A stretch of DNA of 55,274 bases from Gemmatimonadota bacterium (GTDB lineage: Bacteria; Latescibacterota; UBA2968; UBA8231). The notes beneath the pieces are model-generated. The model was given only the letters and a program-made list of their open reading frames with translations. It was not told the DNA's origin and made no database searches. Made by a program: the position numbers and the translations under genes. The stretch lies in the NCBI GenBank assembly GCA_038128265.1, contig JAYPJE010000012.1, positions 37,333 to 92,606 of the forward strand, written 5' to 3'. The first letter of the stretch is position 1, and each line of letters starts with the position of its first letter. Positions 37,990 to 47,237 of this stretch are shown here, in pieces.

Positions 37990-38270
37990 TAAGTGATACA
38001 AAGAGCGCATATGCTCTTCGAGAGGAAACGCAGCACACGCGGTGAGATTCGCGCTCAATGGCGCGGTATCATCCTGGAGGAATTTACCTTACTTGCCGCT
38101 CGCACCGGCGCTTGGTCTGGAGGAGATACAAGCGTCTTAGCTGAAGGGGTGGCGGCCTCGACGCGAGCACACGAAACCGGCCGTTGCCCGAAAAATACAC
38201 TACACCCAAGGACATAGTACCGATTCCATATGACACCCCGGGGCGCTCCTCCCACGCCCCGGGTTTTTTT
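37990..38270 (+). ncRNA. Candidate structured small RNA (GGA-rich, C-rich terminator loop)
   Basis: Bounded by a sigma28-like promoter and a + strand intrinsic terminator. Several stems, six GGA motifs and no convincing ORF. Confidence 0.5.
38237..38270 (+). terminator. Rho-independent terminator (+ strand)
   Basis: Perfect 9-bp stem cccggggcg/cgccccggg, loop ctcctccca, then T7. Confidence 0.8.
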
Positions 38271-39330
38271 ATGTGTGCCAGTAGGTAGGTATGTCTACGG
38301 GCGAGCCGTTTTGCAGCGCGCTCTGATGGGCGCAGAGCCCTGGAACGGACATGTCGAGCGCGGCCCCGATATCTATGGGCGGCGGCAGGTCGCAGCGTAT
38401 GCTCTCTAAAAAATCGCGCACCATATAGTATTCCGCCGTGCCGTGCCCGCCGGCATCGGCGCCGCGTGGTGCGTTGGGATCGTTGTGGCCGAGCGCTAGT
38501 TGCACCATCTGCTGCTCGGTGCCGTCGCCAAAAAACGCGTTGGTGCGCAGCGCGTCGGGCGGTCGCTGGCTTTCCAAACAGCCGCGCGTTCCGTAGAGCG
38601 AGTAGTAGTGAAAGGCCGGCTCGCGCGCGACGCGGAACGAGGTCAGCACTTTGAGCGTTGCGCCTTCCTCTGTCTGAAAGAGCGCAACCTCGCTGTCGTA
38701 GTGGTCGGGACCGGGCTGCAGGCGCGACGGCGTGGCTAGGGCAACGGCCCGTCGCACGCGTGTGCCGCTAATCCACAGGAGCGGGCCCAAGCTGTGCGTC
38801 AGGTAGTGAATGGGCGGCAGCGTCGCGCGCCAGGTTGGTTTCCCCTGCGCATCGGACATCAGCGAGCGCACGTCGTGCACGTATTCCGCTTCACCGTGCA
38901 CCAACTCACCCAGCTGTCCCGCCTGCCACATCTTCTTCCACTCGGATACAAAGTGCCAGTAGCAGCAATTTTCGGCGAGCATAAACTTTTGCTGCGGATG
39001 TGCCTGCACGGCGTCGTATAGCTGTCGACACTGCTCGAGCGTTTCGGCGAGAAATACCTCTTGTAGAACATGGCAGCCCGCCTCCAGCGCGGCGATGCTC
39101 TGTTCGGCGTGCAGGGCGACGGGCGAGGCGACGACGCAGATATCGGGCCGCGTTTCCAGCAGGTCTTCAAAGCGAGTAAAGCGCTGTGCATCGGGATAGC
39201 TGGTGGCAACGTGCTGCAGGCGCTCTTCATCTACGTCGCAGAGTGCGCTGAGGCGACAGTCGTCAAACAGGGGGAATACGCGGGCAAAGCCCGCGCCGCG
39301 GCGCAGGCCGCAGAGGGCTACGTTCAGCAT
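38269..39330 (-). CDS. Gfo/Idh/MocA family oxidoreductase
   Basis: N-terminal Rossmann fold, ASP..LH..QSI.ALEAG.HVL.E, AENCCY and GGHG. Confidence 0.9.
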   Translation of the reverse strand: MLNVALCGLRRGAGFARVFPLFDDCRLSALCDVDEERLQHVATSYPDAQRFTRFEDLLETRPDICVVASPVALHAEQSIAALEAGCHVLQEVFLAETLEQCRQLYDAVQAHPQQKFMLAENCCYWHFVSEWKKMWQAGQLGELVHGEAEYVHDVRSLMSDAQGKPTWRATLPPIHYLTHSLGPLLWISGTRVRRAVALATPSRLQPGPDHYDSEVALFQTEEGATLKVLTSFRVAREPAFHYYSLYGTRGCLESQRPPDALRTNAFFGDGTEQQMVQLALGHNDPNAPRGADAGGHGTAEYYMVRDFLESIRCDLPPPIDIGAALDMSVPGLCAHQSALQNGSPVDIPTYWHT

Positions 39331-39432
39331 GAGTGCGCTCCGCTAATGGGGTGTTATGGACAGCTGCTCTGCCGTCGAGCGCGCCGTGGTTGCACTGTGC
39401 CGCGCTTGCGTCGGGCAGAAGTCGTGCCCTCG

Positions 39433-41328
39433 TCAGGAGATGGGCTCTGGGTTGTAGAGGTCGGCGATATGCACGGCCTGAAAGAGCGTGGCCGGTTCGA
39501 GCTGGGTGCGCAGCGCGCGTTTGCGCGGCAGCAGCGTTGTGGGGCCTAGGATGGGGGGGCCGACGATTACTTCAACGCGGCCGGGGTGGATGTGCAGGTT
39601 GCCTTTGGGACACTTGGGCCACAGCGAGTGGATGCCGCGAAAGGCCAGGGGAATTAGCACCAGATCGGCCGGCAGGTGGGCAAAGAGTCCGTGCTGCATG
39701 GGCAGGCACTGCAGCGCGTAGGATGACGTGGTGCCGGCTGGATATACTACGCCGGGTCGTTTTTCGAGCAGTTTGGCAAAGCGCTGCGTGGGGCTGCCGG
39801 TGTCGGCTGAGCGCGACATAACGACGTGCCCATCGGCGTCTTCCATCATGCGATCGACTTCTTCTGGCGTAAAGCCAATCGGCGTAAAGGTGCGCCCGAA
39901 AATCGTCAAGCTACCCATGGCCGTTAGCTGAGAGCGGGCCAGAATAGTGCATGGGGTAGGTTCCTCCCAGCCGAGCGCCTTCATAAAGACTTCGTCGTTG
40001 AGCACGTAGTTCATTACCGGATGGTCAAAAACGCTCTGATGCGTGGGAAGAAAGAGTATTTTGTGCTTGCCGGATCCCAGCTCCAAATCGCGGGCAATGG
40101 GAGCGAAGAGCGAATCGATATGAATGTCGACGCGGATGTCGAAGATCTTCAGCGACTCGTGCGCCCACTCGCGGTTTTGCTCCCAGGCACGGCGCAGGCG
40201 CTCCTGCTCTTCCATGTTGTTTTTTAGCAGCTGCATTTTGCGCTTACCGGTGCGACGAAAGAGCAGGGCCCATCGCAGCAGGCGCGTGCGTCGGCCCCAG
40301 TTCGACAGCTGTCGCGTACATCCGACGTCGTCGTATTCGAGAAAACGACCTTTAATGCTTTCGCCCAGCAGTGGCGGTAAGCTCACGGCATCCGCCTGCA
40401 GGATATTGGCTTCGCGCACGATGGATCGCGTTAGATCAATCAGGTCGCGCGTCAGATAGCTGTATTCCTGACCGTACCAGTACTCGCGTGGTTTGATTTG
40501 CGCCGGATCCTCCAAGTGGGCCTGTAGGAATTGCAGCAGCATGGCCTTACCCAGCAGCACGGACTTTGCCAAGGGGTTGGTAGCGGCCGTTGGCAACGCA
40601 TCGCGCTGGGCTAAAAATAACTCCACGTCGGTAATGGCTTTCCAGCAGGAGATACCCAGCCAGATAAAGTTACTGAACGTATTGTAGCGAATCGCCAAGA
40701 GTTCGCCGGCGGCCAGAAAGTCGACGACGGCTTCGGCAATGGACTCCAGCAACTGACGCAGCGAACCCGCGTGTTGGCTGCCGTCTAGCTCAACGGTATA
40801 GTGGTGCTGCCAGCGCGGCTCGTCTGCTTCAGAGACGCCAATCTTTTCGGCTACGGAATGGGCGTGCGATAGCGGGACGCGGGCAACGCGCAGGTTGACT
40901 AGCGCTTTTTCCCCTTCGTCTAGCTCAATGGGATCGTCGCGTCCGAGTGCCTGCAAATAGACGTCGTGGTAGAGCTGGAGAAAGTCGCGTTCATCGCCCT
41001 GACCCTCGTCGCAGAACTGCGCCTGCAGTTTAAGAAAGAGGCGATTGGCAGCGTGGTATGCGGGTCGCACCGATGCAAACTGTGCGTGGGCATCGGCTAA
41101 GCGCTGGTCTCTGCGTTCGGGAACGCCCTCGTGGATTGTTGCGATGAGTTGGGCACGGCGCTGGAGAGATTCCAGCGTTGGTTGACTGCCGTCGGGCCAT
41201 TCAACGGCGTCGCCCGTGCCAAAGTGGCCATCGCTGTGCGCAACCTGCAGCAGCTGTTGCGCCGCTTCGTCGTACTGGGCCAGCAGCGAATCGCGGTCTA
41301 TATCACGCAGCAGATGGTCTATGTCCAA
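39433..41328 (-). CDS. Protein with a C-terminal PlsC-like acyltransferase domain and an unknown ~400-aa helical N-terminal region
   Basis: FLPTHQSVFD (HX4D) and VYPAGT motifs in the C-terminal third. Confidence 0.75.
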   Translation of the reverse strand: MDIDHLLRDIDRDSLLAQYDEAAQQLLQVAHSDGHFGTGDAVEWPDGSQPTLESLQRRAQLIATIHEGVPERRDQRLADAHAQFASVRPAYHAANRLFLKLQAQFCDEGQGDERDFLQLYHDVYLQALGRDDPIELDEGEKALVNLRVARVPLSHAHSVAEKIGVSEADEPRWQHHYTVELDGSQHAGSLRQLLESIAEAVVDFLAAGELLAIRYNTFSNFIWLGISCWKAITDVELFLAQRDALPTAATNPLAKSVLLGKAMLLQFLQAHLEDPAQIKPREYWYGQEYSYLTRDLIDLTRSIVREANILQADAVSLPPLLGESIKGRFLEYDDVGCTRQLSNWGRRTRLLRWALLFRRTGKRKMQLLKNNMEEQERLRRAWEQNREWAHESLKIFDIRVDIHIDSLFAPIARDLELGSGKHKILFLPTHQSVFDHPVMNYVLNDEVFMKALGWEEPTPCTILARSQLTAMGSLTIFGRTFTPIGFTPEEVDRMMEDADGHVVMSRSADTGSPTQRFAKLLEKRPGVVYPAGTTSSYALQCLPMQHGLFAHLPADLVLIPLAFRGIHSLWPKCPKGNLHIHPGRVEVIVGPPILGPTTLLPRKRALRTQLEPATLFQAVHIADLYNPEPIS

Positions 41329-41373
41329 TGTACTGTCTCGCGTGCGTTGAAAAGTCGGAGCGCTGCGTGCATC

Positions 41374-43032
41374 TCACGTCGACAGCGTTGTGTTTACTTT
41401 GTCGATCAGACCCTGTGGACTGAAAGGCTTTTGTAGAAAGATAACGTTGTCTTCTTCGACTCCGTGGCGCAGCAGCTCGCTTTGGGTATAGCCGGACATG
41501 TAAATGGTGCGCATAGCCGGGCGCTGTTTGCTCAGGTGCTGAGCGAGTTCGGGGCCGTTCATCTCGGGCATGACGACATCGGTCAGCAGCAAGTCGATCG
41601 TACCGTTGTGCAGTTCGGATAGGGCCAGCGCCTCGTCTCCTCTGCTTGCTTCGAGCACGTCAAAGCCGTAGTCGCCGAGTACCCTGCGCGCCAGGTTGCG
41701 CACGATGTCCTCATCCTCGACGACCATGACAGTGCCATTCTTTTGGCCGCCGTGTGTGCTGGGGGCATCCGCGTCGAGTAGATCATCGGGAGGGCTGATT
41801 TCGGATAGAGGCAGATAGATAGTAAAGGTCGTACCCTCGTTGGGCTTGCTGTGCACGTCAATTTGGCCGCCGCTCTGTTTGACGACGCTGTACACCATCG
41901 CGAGGCCCAGTCCCGTGCCCTTCCCCCTGCCCTTGGTAGTGAAAAAGGGCTCGAATATGCGGTTTAGTGTGCCGTCGTCCATGCCGGTGCCCGTATCGCC
42001 AACGCTCAGCAGGACGTAGGTGCCCGGTTCGAGGTGTACAAAGCGGTTGGTCAGCGGCGCATCGAGGGCGAGTTGCTCCGTCCGGATGGCGATTTGTCCA
42101 CCTTGCGGCATGGCGTCGCGTGCGTTGACCGATAGGTTGACGAGAATTTGGTCAAAGAGGCCGGAGTCCGTATGCACAAAGAGCGATGTAGGATGGAGCT
42201 GAACATCGATCAGCACGTGTTCGCCAATTACGCGCTGCAGCATGTCTTGCGCTGCGCTAACAGCGCTGTTTAAGTCAAACGTCGTCGCCTCGAGCGGCTG
42301 GCGTCGGCCAAAGGTGAGCAGCTTGCTCGTCAGGGCCGCGGCGCGTTCGCCGGCATCGCGGATTGCCCTTATATCGTCGTAAAACGGCTCCTCTTGACTT
42401 ATGGTGCTCAGCACCAATTCGCTGTAGCCCTTAATAATGGTCAACATGTTGTTGAAGTCGTGGGCAACGCCGCCGGCCAGTTGGCCGAGCACGTCCATTT
42501 TTTGCGACTGGCGCAGCTGTTCTTCGAGCAGGTTTTTGTCCTGGTTATCTCGCTTGTGTTCGGCAATTTCTCGGCGCAGCTGCTCGTTGACCTGAGCGAG
42601 CTCTGCCGTGCGCTCGTTGACGCGCTCTTCGAGCTCTTCGCGCGCGGTGCGCAATTCCCGTTCGACCGAATGGCGGTACAGGGCGATTTCTATGGTGCTG
42701 TTGAGTTCGCGGTCTTTAAACGGTTTGAGCACGTATGCGAAAGGCGCTGTCGCCTTCGCGCGCTCCATCGTCTTCTCGTCGGAGTAGGCCGTTAAAAAAA
42801 CGACGGGAACATCTACTTCGCTGCGCATGCGCGCAGCCGTCTCAATGCCGTCCACATCGCCGTGGATATGAATATCCATTAGGACCAGGTCGGGCGGGTC
42901 CTTGCGTGCCAGCTCGAGAGCGGAATCGCTCGAGTCGGCAATGCCCGTGACGCCGTAGCCCATGCGCAGCAGGCGATTTTCTATATCAAGGCTGACGATT
43001 CCCTCGTCTTCGACAACTAGTATATTCGCCAT
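41374..43032 (-). CDS. Cytoplasmic hybrid histidine kinase (REC-HisKA-HATPase-REC)
   Basis: N-terminal REC (ILVVEDE, LMDI), AHDFNN H-box, [15 protein letters not shown] and C-terminal REC. Start MANILV. Confidence 0.93.
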   Translation of the reverse strand: MANILVVEDEGIVSLDIENRLLRMGYGVTGIADSSDSALELARKDPPDLVLMDIHIHGDVDGIETAARMRSEVDVPVVFLTAYSDEKTMERAKATAPFAYVLKPFKDRELNSTIEIALYRHSVERELRTAREELEERVNERTAELAQVNEQLRREIAEHKRDNQDKNLLEEQLRQSQKMDVLGQLAGGVAHDFNNMLTIIKGYSELVLSTISQEEPFYDDIRAIRDAGERAAALTSKLLTFGRRQPLEATTFDLNSAVSAAQDMLQRVIGEHVLIDVQLHPTSLFVHTDSGLFDQILVNLSVNARDAMPQGGQIAIRTEQLALDAPLTNRFVHLEPGTYVLLSVGDTGTGMDDGTLNRIFEPFFTTKGRGKGTGLGLAMVYSVVKQSGGQIDVHSKPNEGTTFTIYLPLSEISPPDDLLDADAPSTHGGQKNGTVMVVEDEDIVRNLARRVLGDYGFDVLEASRGDEALALSELHNGTIDLLLTDVVMPEMNGPELAQHLSKQRPAMRTIYMSGYTQSELLRHGVEEDNVIFLQKPFSPQGLIDKVNTTLST

Positions 43033-43234
43033 GTTAACCGTGTCCGGAAGCCTTGTTGTAGAGCGGTGTCCCAAAGTTAGTGGGTTGCTTGGGCGAAAGC
43101 AAATACATGTTGGCCAGAACGCACGGTGCGTTTTTGACGCATAGCGCGTCGTGCGGGCGTTTTTCTTGAGAACCGCGTGCCAATTGAGTACATTGCCGAA
43201 AGAGGCGGTGCTGTCCTTGCGAAAGGGTAGTGCC

Positions 43235-43501
43235 ATGCGGAGCTACGAAGAGATTTTTCAAGAGAAGTTCAAGGGATTTTGCGCTGAACACCGCAGCCTC
43301 CAGGCCTGGCAGGCACGCTTGGAGTTAAAGCGCTTGTATCCCGGTCTGTTTCAGGCCGTATTTGCTCGCAGTCTGCACGAAAAGTATATGGGAGCTGTTG
43401 ACTTTCATATGGCAGAGGGGCATGCAGCAGAAGAGGCGCGCCAGATGGTTGTCAAGCACGCGCCCGAACTGGCGGCCGAAGTTGCCGGAGATGACGACTG
43501 A
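43235..43501 (+). CDS. Small hypothetical helical protein (88 aa)
   Basis: ATG after gaaaggg, followed by its own terminator. Confidence 0.65.
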   Translation: MRSYEEIFQEKFKGFCAEHRSLQAWQARLELKRLYPGLFQAVFARSLHEKYMGAVDFHMAEGHAAEEARQMVVKHAPELAAEVAGDDD

Positions 43502-43524
43502 CCACAGCAAAGCGCGCCACGCCG

Positions 43525-43550
43525 ACCGGCCCAGCAGGGCCGGTTTTTTT
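43525..43550 (+). terminator. Rho-independent terminator
   Basis: accggccc-agca-gggccggt followed by a T-run. Confidence 0.8.
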
Positions 43551-43567
43551 GTTTCTAAAGGAGCACT

Positions 43568-44410
43568 ATGTTTGCGGAAGTTGCGCCGGGCGTCTACAGC
43601 GTCGAGCACCGCGTCGCCGAAGGAAAGAACGCGCTGATATGCGGCCGGCGCGGAGCGTTGGCCATCGACGGCGGCACCTATACTGAAGAAGGCCAGGCCA
43701 TGGCCGACTACCTGCGCAAACGGGGTTATGTCGCTGACCGCTTGGCGCTGACGCACGGGCATGCCGACCACGTGTTGGGCGCCAAGCCGCTGGCCGATGG
43801 GGAAGTGTATGCGCACGCGCGCACGCCCGGTGTCATTCGTCGTCACGCCGTCGATTGGGCGCGGCGCCAGCAGCGCAGCCTCGACAGGCTCATCGCCGAG
43901 TTACCCATGCCCACCGTGACCTATACGGACGAATTGTGCATCGATTTAGGTGACGTTAGTGCGCGATTCTTTCCCACGCCCGGTCACAGCGAAGACGGCG
44001 TTAGCGCCTATGTCGAAGAGCGCAGGCTTCTCGTTGGTGGCGATGCCGTAGTAACGGGCATCGTCCCGGCCATCGGCGACGGCGATAGCCGTGTGTTAGA
44101 AGCATCGCTGCGCCGGTTACTCGACATGGATATAGACATCCTGCTGCCCGGCCACGGTCCGGTTGTTTGCGGCGCGGCCGACGTGCGCGGCTGGATTGCC
44201 TGGGAAGCGGCCTATTTGTCCGGCGTGCGCGACCGAGTGGCCGAGTTGCTGAGCGCGGGCTGGGACGGCGATGCGCTCGTTGAACAAGTCGACTTTGCAC
44301 AGCACAGCGCCGGCCGTCTATCAGCGGAAAAACACGGGATGCTCAAGCGCCACCAGGCAACAGTTGCCGTCGTTGTCGGTGAGCTCAAACGCGCCGGAGA
44401 GGGGGCGTGA
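43568..44410 (+). CDS. MBL-fold metallo-hydrolase
   Basis: THGHADH, TPGHS, GGD and LPGHG. Confidence 0.9.
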   Translation: MFAEVAPGVYSVEHRVAEGKNALICGRRGALAIDGGTYTEEGQAMADYLRKRGYVADRLALTHGHADHVLGAKPLADGEVYAHARTPGVIRRHAVDWARRQQRSLDRLIAELPMPTVTYTDELCIDLGDVSARFFPTPGHSEDGVSAYVEERRLLVGGDAVVTGIVPAIGDGDSRVLEASLRRLLDMDIDILLPGHGPVVCGAADVRGWIAWEAAYLSGVRDRVAELLSAGWDGDALVEQVDFAQHSAGRLSAEKHGMLKRHQATVAVVVGELKRAGEGA

Positions 44411-45486
44411 TGTCAGAGGCCTGGGACGAGGGCCGGCGCGTTGACGCCGGTGAATTATTGGGTCTGGTCTCGGCGATTTTCCGCCGCTGCGGTATGGAAG
44501 ACGCCGACGCTCACCTGCTGGCTGACTCGCTGGTATTTGCCGACCTGGGCGGCATCCATTCCCACGGCGTGCTGCGCGTGCCCGAGTACGCCCAGAAGTT
44601 GACGGCAGATGGGGTTGACCCGCGCGGGTGTCCGCAGGTGGTGCGCGAGCTGGGTGCCTGTATTGTGGTGGACGGAAAGAATTCGATGGGGCAGGTTGGC
44701 TGTCACTTTGCCATGCAGCAGGCCATTGAAAAGGCGCGCGTGCACGGTTTGGGTGCCGCTGCCGTGCGCGGGTCCAACCACTGCGGCGCTATGGCCTACT
44801 TCGCCATGCAGGCGCTGCCGCACGATATGATTGGCTGGGCGACGACCAACGCGCTGCCGACGATGGCGCCATGGGGCGGAACAGAGCGCATTGTCGGCAT
44901 CAATCCGCTGGCGGTTGCCGTGCCGGCTGGTGCGGAGTATCCGCTCGTATTCGACGCGGCTTTCAGCGGATCTTCGCACGGTAAAATTCGCATTCATCAT
45001 CAGAAAAACTTGCCGTTGCCCGAAGGGTGGGCGCTCGATGCAGACGGGCAGCCGACGACCGATCCGGCCCGGGCTATTGACGGGTTGCTCATGCCCATTG
45101 GCGCTTTCAAAGGCGTATCGCTGGCCATGCTGATGGGCGTGTTTTCCTCCATGCTCTCTGGGGCGGCCTATGGAACGGAACTCGGCACGATGGAAGACGG
45201 CCCCAGAGCAGGCGGCGATGGCCATTTCCTCATGGCCATTAACGTGGCGGCCTTTGAGGAAACCGATCGCTTTAAGGAGCGCATCGACGCGGCTATAGCC
45301 GAGGTCCACGCCAGCCGTAGAGCACCCGGCGTGGAGCGCCTGTACGTGGCGGGCGAAGTGGAGTTTATGCGCCGCGCGCAGTACGAGCGCGAAGGCATTC
45401 CGCTCAACGCTGCGACGTTGGAAGACATCGCCGCAACGGCGCGTGACTTGGGCGAAGACACGTCGCCCTTTGCATGGCTGCGTTAG
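44407..45486 (+). CDS. Ldh_2 family (malate/L-lactate/ureidoglycolate-type) oxidoreductase
   Basis: ADL.GIHSHG, SNHCG, G.NP and GAFKG. Confidence 0.9.
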   Translation: MMSEAWDEGRRVDAGELLGLVSAIFRRCGMEDADAHLLADSLVFADLGGIHSHGVLRVPEYAQKLTADGVDPRGCPQVVRELGACIVVDGKNSMGQVGCHFAMQQAIEKARVHGLGAAAVRGSNHCGAMAYFAMQALPHDMIGWATTNALPTMAPWGGTERIVGINPLAVAVPAGAEYPLVFDAAFSGSSHGKIRIHHQKNLPLPEGWALDADGQPTTDPARAIDGLLMPIGAFKGVSLAMLMGVFSSMLSGAAYGTELGTMEDGPRAGGDGHFLMAINVAAFEETDRFKERIDAAIAEVHASRRAPGVERLYVAGEVEFMRRAQYEREGIPLNAATLEDIAATARDLGEDTSPFAWLR

Positions 45487-45537
45487 GTATGCCCGACGCT
45501 GCGCTGCGCTTTGGCCCGCTGTGAATAGCGATTGGCC

Positions 45538-46422
45538 TTAGAGCGAGCGGTGGCCGACAACGCCCTTAGGGTTTTCAAAAGCATCGACCCACAGGCGACA
45601 CCACTCGTCGTAGTCGTGCATTTCGCTAGAGGGGTTGCTGCGCGAGCGCACGATAAAATCGGGGTGGCCGGTGCGGCCGGTGTGCTGTCCGGTGGGCTGA
45701 TAGCGCAGGTCGAGCGACCAGCGACACTCGTCTGAGTAATTGGGCGTCGAGCGGTGCGGTGTAAAGCGGCTCATGAGCACGATATCGCCCATTTCGCACT
45801 CGGCGACGATGGGTTCGGTGCCGGGAATTAGCTCGGGATCAATCGTCGTGCCGCCCTCGCGCAGGTGGCGGAGATAACCCGTTTCGACCACGTTGGGAAT
45901 TACTTCCATACAGCCCATCTCTTGCGTTGCGCGGCCGATGGGCAGCCAGCAGGTGACCACGTCTGAGCCTTCCGCCTCCTCCATCATCACGCCAGCGTCC
46001 TGGTGCCAGGGTGCATTGTGAAAAGAGGGACCGGCATGGCCTTCGTACTCCAGCGGCGGTTTGGCGCGCAGGTGCTGTATGGGGTTACAGGTCAGCTCGG
46101 GTCCGAGCAGCGATTCGAGCAGTTCGAGCAGGTTTTCATTGAGCAAAAACGCAAACGTAGCGCGCCCGCGATAGTGCATGATGTCGAGGCCGTTGCCTAT
46201 TTCCCTGCACTGGGCGAAGAGCAGTCCATAGCGCGTTGCAAAGGGTGCGTCCTCGTGCAGATCGGCGATCTTGCCTTCGGAGTGCAGCTGGTGCGCGCGC
46301 GCATCAATCCAGGCGGATAGCTCGTCGATGACGGGCTGCAAGTCGGCCGCGCTCAGGGCGCCGCGGGCGATAATAACGCCGCGGGTGTGGAATTCGTCTC
46401 TTTGCTCTTCGGTCAGTTTCAC
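45538..46422 (-). CDS. Phytanoyl-CoA dioxygenase (PhyH) family
   Basis: Canonical WHQD, distal PHRS..N and RWSLDLRY. GTG start after aggag. Confidence 0.9.
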   Translation of the reverse strand: MKLTEEQRDEFHTRGVIIARGALSAADLQPVIDELSAWIDARAHQLHSEGKIADLHEDAPFATRYGLLFAQCREIGNGLDIMHYRGRATFAFLLNENLLELLESLLGPELTCNPIQHLRAKPPLEYEGHAGPSFHNAPWHQDAGVMMEEAEGSDVVTCWLPIGRATQEMGCMEVIPNVVETGYLRHLREGGTTIDPELIPGTEPIVAECEMGDIVLMSRFTPHRSTPNYSDECRWSLDLRYQPTGQHTGRTGHPDFIVRSRSNPSSEMHDYDEWCRLWVDAFENPKGVVGHRSL

Positions 46423-46505
46423 GGTCGTTCTCCTGTGTAGCTCTTTAGGCCGCCCAAAATTAAGCATATTGCCGCCGCGCTGTAAACGCTCTGCGCGGTG
46501 CTAAT

Positions 46506-46546
46506 ACAACGAGGGACGGCGCGATTGTCACGCCGTCCCTCGTTGT
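46506..46546 (-). terminator. 16-bp perfect hairpin downstream of the mini-FlhA-like gene
   Basis: acaacgagggacggcg / cgccgtccctcgttgt. The U-tract is weak. Confidence 0.6.
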
Positions 46547-46568
46547 GCATCCAGCTGCAGGCTCTATC

Positions 46569-46868
46569 TCACATGGCATGCTGACGAATATTGTGCGCCA
46601 AGTGCGACGAGAGTTCCGCCACGCCGTGTGCGTAGCCCAGTTCGCCTCCGGCTACCGCCTGTTGGTAAATAAAGATGCGGTAGCCGCGCGGCGGCAGGCT
46701 CGTATTATCGCAGATGCGTATGGGCGGGATTCGATAGCGATCCGTGCGCTCCATATTGCGCCGCATCTGGCGAATGCTGCTAATCAGGTTTCCCTCCTCT
46801 GCGTTTTCGCTTTTTACATACGGTACGAGTTCCAATCCAATTTCGAGTTGTATGGCCTCCATATCCAC
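46569..46868 (-). CDS. Stand-alone FHIPEP/FlhA cytoplasmic-domain-like small protein
   Basis: IQLEIGLELVPYV...NLISSIRQMRR...IPPIRICDNTSLPPRGYRIFI...VAGGEL parallels the FlhA-C LEIG..LIPLV...IRR...P.IRIRDN..L.P..Y.I pattern. RBS aaggag. Confidence 0.75.
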   Translation of the reverse strand: MDMEAIQLEIGLELVPYVKSENAEEGNLISSIRQMRRNMERTDRYRIPPIRICDNTSLPPRGYRIFIYQQAVAGGELGYAHGVAELSSHLAHNIRQHAM

Positions 46869-46995
46869 ACCATCTCCTTGCCATAAAAGTCATCGGCCCT
46901 ATGCACGGCGTTGCGCTCTTTCCGATAAATGGCGCAGTGCTGTGCGTCGAAATCGCCAATGGGGAGGCGGGCGATTTCGTTCCCGCCAGGGGGTA

Positions 46996-47012
46996 AGCAA
47001 GCGCAGTGCCAA
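46996..47012 (-). promoter_or_regulatory. Sigma54 -24/-12 promoter
   Basis: Minus strand TTGGCAC-TGCGC-TTGCT with exact GG-N10-GC spacing. AT-rich tract immediately upstream. Confidence 0.75.
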
Positions 47013-47237
47013 ATTGAAAAATTATTTAGAAGGTAAGCTTAAGTGTATGTTGGAGAGCGTATTGCAAGGCATACAATTCACTGCCTATTGCACGGCATGG
47101 TCCGCGGCTGTGGGTAGAAAATGCGCGCGTGGCGCAGGGCGTAGAGAAAAAGGTGCAACCGCTGCCGCGCGACGGGCACGGCGGCGATTGCCGCTGCGAG
47201 GGGGGCCGGTTTTACAGCGCGCCGGCAGGAGTGTCAC

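Noticed and set aside
38141..38195. Hammerhead-like CTGAAG...stem...GAAA arrangement
   Set aside because: The core lacks the conserved A of CUGANGA, and I could not form stems I and III.
38021..38215. Resemblance to a glycine riboswitch (tctgga..gaga, gctgaagg, aaggaca) or to RNase P (gaggaaa)
   Set aside because: The CUCAGG element and the RNase P P4 pairing are missing, and there is no downstream + strand gene to regulate.
37993..38217. 74-aa ORF inside the sRNA candidate
   Set aside because: No RBS, start is essentially at the predicted TSS, and the composition is not protein-like. It is not fully excluded.
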